This document shows, piece by piece, positions 58,462-64,000 of a stretch of DNA of 64,000 bases. Made by a program: the position numbers and the translations under genes. This DNA comes from a virus (taxonomy: Duplodnaviria > Caudoviricetes), in IMG/VR virus record IMGVR_UViG_2718218211_000001, positions 14,153 to 78,152 of that record, one strand, 5' to 3'. The notes beneath the pieces are model-generated. The model was given only the letters and a program-made list of their open reading frames with translations. It did no database searches and was not told where the DNA came from. The first letter of the stretch is position 1. Each line of letters starts with the position of its first letter.

Positions 58462-61261
58462 CAATAACCTGCGTCTGCAGGTGATTCTTAATGCGGTTGA
58501 CAAGCTCACCCGCCCATTTCGATCCGCGCAGGCCAGCTCAAAAGAGCTGGCTGCAGCCATTCAGCAAAGCCGCGCCCGTTTAAAAGAATTAGATGCTCAG
58601 GCGGGCCGCATTGACGGTTTCCGCAAGGCCAGCGCGCAGCTGGCAGTCACAGGTAACAGCCTGAAAGCCGCACGCGAAGAAGCTGCGAAACTTGCCACGC
58701 AATTCTCTGCCACCAACCGCCCGACGGCGGCGCAGGCACGGCTGCTTGAGCAGGCAAAGAACCGCGTTACGGAGTTACAGAGCAAATATAACGGTCTACG
58801 TCAGTCAGTGCAGCGCCAGCGTCTTGCGCTCAATGAAGCCGGACTGGACACGAAAAAGCTCAGTAGTGCGCAGCGGGAACTGCGGCAGAATGCCGACGAA
58901 ACCCGGCAGGCCCTGGACCGGCAGCAGAAATCCCTTAAACGCCTGGGCGAACAGCAGGCGCGAATGAACGCCGTCCGCGATCAGTATTCACGCCGTCTTG
59001 AGGTGCGGGATCGCATCGCCGGGGCAGGGGCTACCACTACGGCTGCGGGGGTGGCAATGGGCGCACCTGTTGTGGCGGCAGTTAAGAGCTACGCCAGCAT
59101 GGAAGATGCCATGAAAGGCGTGGCAAAGCAGGTAAACGGGCTGCGGGACGATAATGGCAACCGCACAAAACAGTTTTATGACATGCAGGATGCCATCAAG
59201 GCCGCCAGCGAACAGCTGCCGATGGAGAACGGCGCTATAGACTATGCCGCGCTGGTTGAAGGTGGTGCTCGCATGGGGGTGACCAATCAGGACGATCCTT
59301 ACGAAGAGCAGAAACGTGACCTGCTGGCTTTTGCATCCACGGCGGCAAAAGCGGCAACGGCCTTTGAGCTGCCCGCAGATGAACTGGCAGAAGGGCTGGG
59401 GAAAATCGCGCAGCTCTATAAAGTTCCGACGCGCAATATTGAACAACTGGGCGATGCGCTGAACTACCTGGACGATAACGCCATGTCAAAGGGTGGGGAC
59501 ATTATCAACGTCCTGCAGCGTATGGGGGGCGTGGCTGACCGCCTTGACTTCCGAAAGGCCGCGGCGCTGGGTTCAACATTCCTTTCTCTTGGGGCTGCCC
59601 CGGAAATCGCCGCCAGCGCCTCTAATGCCATGGTGCGTGAACTGTCTATTGCCACCATGCAAAGTAAACGATTTTTTGAAGGCATGAATCTGTTGCAACT
59701 CAATCCGGCGGAGATTGAAAAGCAGATGACCACCGATGCCATGGGCACAATTCAGCGGGTTCTGGAGAAGGTCAACAATCTGCCGCAGGATAAACGCCTG
59801 TCAGCCATGACAATGATTTTTGGCAAAGAGTTTGGCGATGATGCGGCAAAGCTGGCTAACAACCTGCCGGAGCTGCAGCGCCAGCTGAAACTCACATCAG
59901 GCAGTGGTGCTAATGGCTCCATGCAGAAAGAATCCGACATTAACAAGGATTCATTGTCTGCGCAGTGGTTGCTGGTTAAGACGGGCGCGCAAAACGCTTT
60001 CAGCAGCCTGGGGGAAACGCTGCGCCAGCCGCTGATGGATATTATGGGCATGGTTAAGCGCGTGACCGGGGCGTTGCGTCGCTGGGTTGAGCAGAATCCC
60101 GTGCTGGCTGGCACGCTGATGAAAGTGGCGGCAGCTACGGCAGCCATTACTGTTGGGTTGGGGGCGCTGGCAGTGGCGGTGGCAGCTGTGCTGGGACCGC
60201 TGGCGGTTATCCGGTTTGGCCTGTCCATGCTGTCAGTTAAAGCGTTACCTTCTGCAGCCGCCGCTGCCACACGTACAGGTAACGTGCTGCGTTTGTTGAT
60301 CTCTGGTCCGCTGGCTTTGCTGCGCGTGGCATTATTTGCTGTTGGTAGCCTGCTGGGTGCGCTGCTCAGTCCTGTAGGGCTGGTTGTGGCTGCACTGGCA
60401 GGTGTGGCGCTGGTTATCTGGAAATACTGGCAGCCCATCAGTGCATTTCTGGGGGGCGTGGTGGAAGGGTTCAAAGCCGCTGCTGCGCCCATCAGCGCCG
60501 CCTTTGAGCCGCTCAGACCCGTGTTTCAGTGGATTGGTGACCGGGTGCAGGCCTTGTGGGGCTGGTTCAATGATTTACTTACCCCGGTTAAATCCACTTC
60601 CGAAGAACTGAACAGCGCAGCTGCAATGGGGCGTCGGTTTGGTGAGGCGCTGGCGGAAGGTCTGAATAGGGTGATGCACCCACTTGAGTCACTTAAATCC
60701 GGTGTGTCATGGCTGCTGGAAAAGCTCGGTATTGTCAGTAAGGAGGCGGCAAAGGCGAAACTACCTGCGCAGGTTACGCAGCAGCAGTCCGCCACAGTGA
60801 ACAGTGACGGCAAAGTGGTGCTGCCGCCAGGCGGGTTCCCGGCTTACGCGGGGATGTACGACATGGGCGGGATCATTCCACGCGGGCAGTTTGGCATTGT
60901 CGGAGAAAATGGCCCTGAAATTGTGAACGGACCGGCAAATGTTACCAGCAGGCGGCGTACTGCTGCGCTGGCCTCTGTCGTTGCTGGCGTGATGGGGGTA
61001 GCTGCGACACCTGCAGAAGCGGCTCCGCTTCATCCGTTCAGTTTGCCTGCGAGGGCATACCAGCCCCCGCTTGCTAAGGCAGATAGCCCGCCGCCGGTTA
61101 TTCGTTATGAGATAAATGCGCCCATTCATATCGTCGCTCAGCCTGGGCAGAACGCGCAGGATATTGCCCGTGAAGTGGCACGCCAGCTTGACGAGCGGGA
61201 GCGCCGGGCCAGGGCAAAAGCGCGCAGCAATTTCAGCGATCAGGGGGGGTATGAATCATGA
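58454..61261 (+). CDS. Tape measure protein T
   Basis: 935 aa, Ala-rich, position. Confidence 0.95.
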   Translation: MSDNNLRLQVILNAVDKLTRPFRSAQASSKELAAAIQQSRARLKELDAQAGRIDGFRKASAQLAVTGNSLKAAREEAAKLATQFSATNRPTAAQARLLEQAKNRVTELQSKYNGLRQSVQRQRLALNEAGLDTKKLSSAQRELRQNADETRQALDRQQKSLKRLGEQQARMNAVRDQYSRRLEVRDRIAGAGATTTAAGVAMGAPVVAAVKSYASMEDAMKGVAKQVNGLRDDNGNRTKQFYDMQDAIKAASEQLPMENGAIDYAALVEGGARMGVTNQDDPYEEQKRDLLAFASTAAKAATAFELPADELAEGLGKIAQLYKVPTRNIEQLGDALNYLDDNAMSKGGDIINVLQRMGGVADRLDFRKAAALGSTFLSLGAAPEIAASASNAMVRELSIATMQSKRFFEGMNLLQLNPAEIEKQMTTDAMGTIQRVLEKVNNLPQDKRLSAMTMIFGKEFGDDAAKLANNLPELQRQLKLTSGSGANGSMQKESDINKDSLSAQWLLVKTGAQNAFSSLGETLRQPLMDIMGMVKRVTGALRRWVEQNPVLAGTLMKVAAATAAITVGLGALAVAVAAVLGPLAVIRFGLSMLSVKALPSAAAAATRTGNVLRLLISGPLALLRVALFAVGSLLGALLSPVGLVVAALAGVALVIWKYWQPISAFLGGVVEGFKAAAAPISAAFEPLRPVFQWIGDRVQALWGWFNDLLTPVKSTSEELNSAAAMGRRFGEALAEGLNRVMHPLESLKSGVSWLLEKLGIVSKEAAKAKLPAQVTQQQSATVNSDGKVVLPPGGFPAYAGMYDMGGIIPRGQFGIVGENGPEIVNGPANVTSRRRTAALASVVAGVMGVAATPAEAAPLHPFSLPARAYQPPLAKADSPPPVIRYEINAPIHIVAQPGQNAQDIAREVARQLDERERRARAKARSNFSDQGGYES

Positions 61262-61743
61262 TGATGGTACTGGGTTTATATGTATTTATGCTGCGCACTG
61301 TCCCTTATCAGGAGTTGCAGTATCAGCGCAGCTGGCGACATGCAGCCAACAGCCGGGTGAACCGCCGCCCGTCAACGCAGTTTCTTGGCCCGGATAATGA
61401 TTCACTGACACTGTCCGGGGTTCTGCTGCCGGAAGTGACCGGAGGCAGGCTGTCATTGCTGGCGCTGGAGTTGATGGCAGAGCAGGGCAAAGCGTGGCCT
61501 TTGATTGAAGGCAGCGGAACCATTTACGGTATGTTTGTTATTGAAAGTCTGAGCCAGACAAAGACGGAGTTTTTTGCCAGTGGAATGCCCAGGCGCATTG
61601 AGTTTACTATCACCCTCAAACGGGTTGATGAGTCACTCTCTGACATGTTCGGGAGCCTGAGTGACCAGCTCAGCAACCTGCAGGACTCTGCTGCCTCTGC
61701 GATTGGGGGGATTAAGAACACGGTAGGAGGATTGCTGCAGTGA
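61258..61743 (+). CDS. Tail protein U
   Basis: MMVLGLYVF...QFLGP. Confidence 0.9.
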   Translation: MMMVLGLYVFMLRTVPYQELQYQRSWRHAANSRVNRRPSTQFLGPDNDSLTLSGVLLPEVTGGRLSLLALELMAEQGKAWPLIEGSGTIYGMFVIESLSQTKTEFFASGMPRRIEFTITLKRVDESLSDMFGSLSDQLSNLQDSAASAIGGIKNTVGGLLQ

Positions 61744-62840
61744 ACTTTAATTCTGATCTCCTGAATCTGAACAGCAAAAGCCCGGCTTTCAGTATCACCA
61801 TCGAAGGCAAAGACGTGACGACCGTGCTGGATACCCGCCTGATGAGTCTGACACTGACGGATAACCGGGGCTTTGAAGCGGACCAGCTTGATCTGGAGCT
61901 GGACGACGCCGACGGGCTGATCGCCCTGCCGCGACGTGGGGCAGTGATTCAGCTGGCGCTGGGCTGGAAAGGCCAGCCGCTTTTCCCTAAAGGGGCTTTT
62001 ACTGTGGATGAAATTGAACACAGCGGTGCCCCTGACCGGCTGACCATCCGGGCGCGTAGCGCAGATTTCCGTGAAACCCTCAATACACGGCGCGAAAAAT
62101 CATGGCATCAGACAACGGTGGGGGAGGTGGTAAAGGAAATAGCCGCCCGGCATAACCTCAAAATGGCGCTGGGTAAAGACCTGACGGATAAGGCGCTGGA
62201 TCATCTGGACCAGACCAATGAAAGCGATGCAAGTTTCCTGATGAAACTGGCGAGACAGTATGGGGCGATTGCTTCCGTTAAGGACGGGAATCTGCTGTTT
62301 ATCCGGCAGGGACAGGGAAGAACGGCGAGCGGCAAGCCGCTGCCGGTTATCACCATCACGCGCAAAGCCGGTGACGGTCATCGGTTCACCCTTGCTGATC
62401 GTGGTGCCTATACCGGTGTTATTGCCAGCTGGTTGCATACGCGTGAACCCAGGAAAAAAGAGACAACCAGTGTTAAGCGTCGTCGAAAGAAAACCACCAC
62501 ACCCAAAGAGCCGGAAGCAAAACAGGGCGATTATCTGGTGGGAACGGATGAAAACGTGCTGGTTCTTAATCGTACCTACGCCAACCGGAGCAATGCAGAG
62601 CGCGCAGCAAAAATGCAGTGGGAACGTCTGCAGCGTGGGGTTGCTTCATTTTCCCTGCTGCTCGCTGAGGGGCGGGCTGATCTCTATACGGAAATGCCGG
62701 TGAAGGTGACGGGGTTTAAGCTGCCGATCGATGATGCAGAATGGACCATTACCACCCTGACGCATTCTGTCAGCCCGGATAATGGATTTACGACCAGTAT
62801 GGAGCTGGAAGTGAAAATTGATGATCTCGAAATAGAATAA
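61740..62840 (+). CDS. Tail/baseplate hub protein D
   Basis: LTDNRGFEADQL, QTNESD. Confidence 0.9.
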   Translation: MNFNSDLLNLNSKSPAFSITIEGKDVTTVLDTRLMSLTLTDNRGFEADQLDLELDDADGLIALPRRGAVIQLALGWKGQPLFPKGAFTVDEIEHSGAPDRLTIRARSADFRETLNTRREKSWHQTTVGEVVKEIAARHNLKMALGKDLTDKALDHLDQTNESDASFLMKLARQYGAIASVKDGNLLFIRQGQGRTASGKPLPVITITRKAGDGHRFTLADRGAYTGVIASWLHTREPRKKETTSVKRRRKKTTTPKEPEAKQGDYLVGTDENVLVLNRTYANRSNAERAAKMQWERLQRGVASFSLLLAEGRADLYTEMPVKVTGFKLPIDDAEWTITTLTHSVSPDNGFTTSMELEVKIDDLEIE

Positions 62841-62906
62841 GTGGCTCTCAATTTTGTATTTTCATGTATCATTATGGAGAAAACAGGTCGTGATGGAATA
62901 ATAACT

Positions 62907-63125
62907 ATGATGATTTGCCCAAAGTGTGGACATGCAGCTCATACCAGGAGCAGTTTTCAGGTCACTGATACCACAAAAGAGCGTTACTGCCAGTGCCAGA
63001 ATATCAATTGCGGTAGCACGTTTGTAACCCACGAAACGGTAGTGCGGTATATTGTCACTCCGGTCCAGATAAATAGTGTACAGCCACATCCCGGCCCTGG
63101 TGGGCAGGGGCATATGAATTTTTAG
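62907..63125 (+). CDS. ogr: Late transcription activator Ogr/B
   Basis: CPKCGHAAHTRSS...YCQCQNINCG.TF zinc finger. Confidence 0.9.
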   Translation: MMICPKCGHAAHTRSSFQVTDTTKERYCQCQNINCGSTFVTHETVVRYIVTPVQINSVQPHPGPGGQGHMNF

Positions 63126-63280
63126 CGCGAGACATCTCTGTTTGACTTATTAATGATGCCGGGGCTATATTCTCATCGTTGCCGCAAAATCGGCACACGG
63201 GATTGGCGTCCCGGCTAACTACTCAACGCATAGCCGCGTTAGCGGTTTTTTTTATGCGCTAAGCACGAGCACATTCATAT

Positions 63281-63360
63281 TATGGTGGGCTGTGTGGGGG
63301 CTTCTTCGGAAGCGCCGGGTTTGAGTAGCCGGTTACGCCAACCCTACACAGTTCACCACC
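63281..63360 (+). ncRNA. C4-like antisense RNA (P1 c4 / P4 CI family)
   Basis: Closing stem GGTGGGCTGTGTGGG/CCTACACAGTTCACC, UUCG hairpin, loops TTGAGTAG and ACGCCAA complementary to flanking targets. Confidence 0.8.
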
Positions 63361-63409
63361 AGTCGATTGGCGTCGTAGGTGGTGATGGTTAACCTAATGA
63401 GGTGACGCT

Positions 63410-64000
63410 ATGACTACTCAAATTTCTGCAGAAAATCTTTCTCTGCTAACTCACAATAATATCCCTGTTATCACAACTGATTTCCTCGCTAATCTGTACG
63501 GCACGAAAGCCAAAAACATATCTGATAACTATCTCAACAACACTTGCCGCTTTGTTGTGGGGAAGCACTTCTTTAAGCTTGAAAAAGACGATTTGCGTGA
63601 GTTTAAGAACAGACCCGATAACTTCGGGTTAGTTGGCTTACGTGCCCGCTCTCTAATTCTCTGGACAGAACGCGGGGCAGCTCGTCACGCGAAGATGCTT
63701 GAAACCGATCGAGCGTGGGAAGTGTTCGAGAAACTGGAAGATTGCTACTTCAATAGAAACCAATCACATGCGATGCAAACTATGGTGCTTGAGAGAGAGG
63801 CCATAACGCAGCTTAACCTCATGTTCTCGTGCGTTGAGCATCTTCGCTTGGATATGTGGCCCCACCTTAGCGCTGTTCTGCCCGGGCTGAACAGTGACTA
63901 TCATAAGACTTTTGTAAAATTGGCGATGATGTTTTCTTTATTAAAGAAAGAGAGAGCGGAGTGCAAGCGAAAAGCTGAGAAAATCTTAAGCGGTCACTAA
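63410..64000 (+). CDS. ORF6N-domain antirepressor-like protein
   Basis: PVITT..LA.LYGT, GKHFFKL, LILWTERGAARHAKMLETDRAW. Confidence 0.85.
   Translation: MTTQISAENLSLLTHNNIPVITTDFLANLYGTKAKNISDNYLNNTCRFVVGKHFFKLEKDDLREFKNRPDNFGLVGLRARSLILWTERGAARHAKMLETDRAWEVFEKLEDCYFNRNQSHAMQTMVLEREAITQLNLMFSCVEHLRLDMWPHLSAVLPGLNSDYHKTFVKLAMMFSLLKKERAECKRKAEKILSGH

Larger units (their letters stand above)
30437..64000. mobile_element. P2/186-like (Fels-2/SopEphi-type) prophage at ssrA; other att beyond the window
   Basis: int-cI-apl-cII-dam-A-tum-cos-Q P O N M L X-lysis-R S V W J I H G-FI FII E T U D-ogr synteny. Confidence 0.95.

Noticed and set aside
1-64000. CRISPR array, retron or rRNA
   Set aside because: No regularly spaced repeats, RT motifs or rRNA-like sequence noticed by eye

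Overview
Enterobacterial chromosome segment, most likely Salmonella given the near-canonical IS200 copy and a Fels-2/SopEphi-like phage, made up almost entirely of two adjacent prophages. (1) About 1-28,924 is the right-hand part of a lambdoid siphovirus prophage: rusA, antirepressor, Q-like gene, lysis cassette, lambda-type cos, ClpP-capsid fusion head, lambda-like tail, tail fibre and a LexA-controlled dinI/umuD' module. It ends at a 3'-half tRNA-Pro(GGG) att core. (2) After a DUF4236 gene and a tmRNA (ssrA) 3' fragment at 30,437-30,481, an apparently near-complete P2/186-like myovirus prophage runs to the window end. The most interesting accessory content is: an unannotated 26-aa Pro-rich peptide plus a SLATT-like 2-TM gene inserted antisense into the P2 early operon; a PRTase+DprA (ShosTA-like) pair at the P2 defence hotspot; a secreted Pro/Trp/Cys-rich mini-protein in the tail-fibre/invertase cargo slot; a P1-like C4 antisense RNA-antirepressor module; two candidate structured RNAs; and an att core whose upstream flank is not the host tRNA 5' half. 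All family assignments come from motif recognition by eye; no searches were run.
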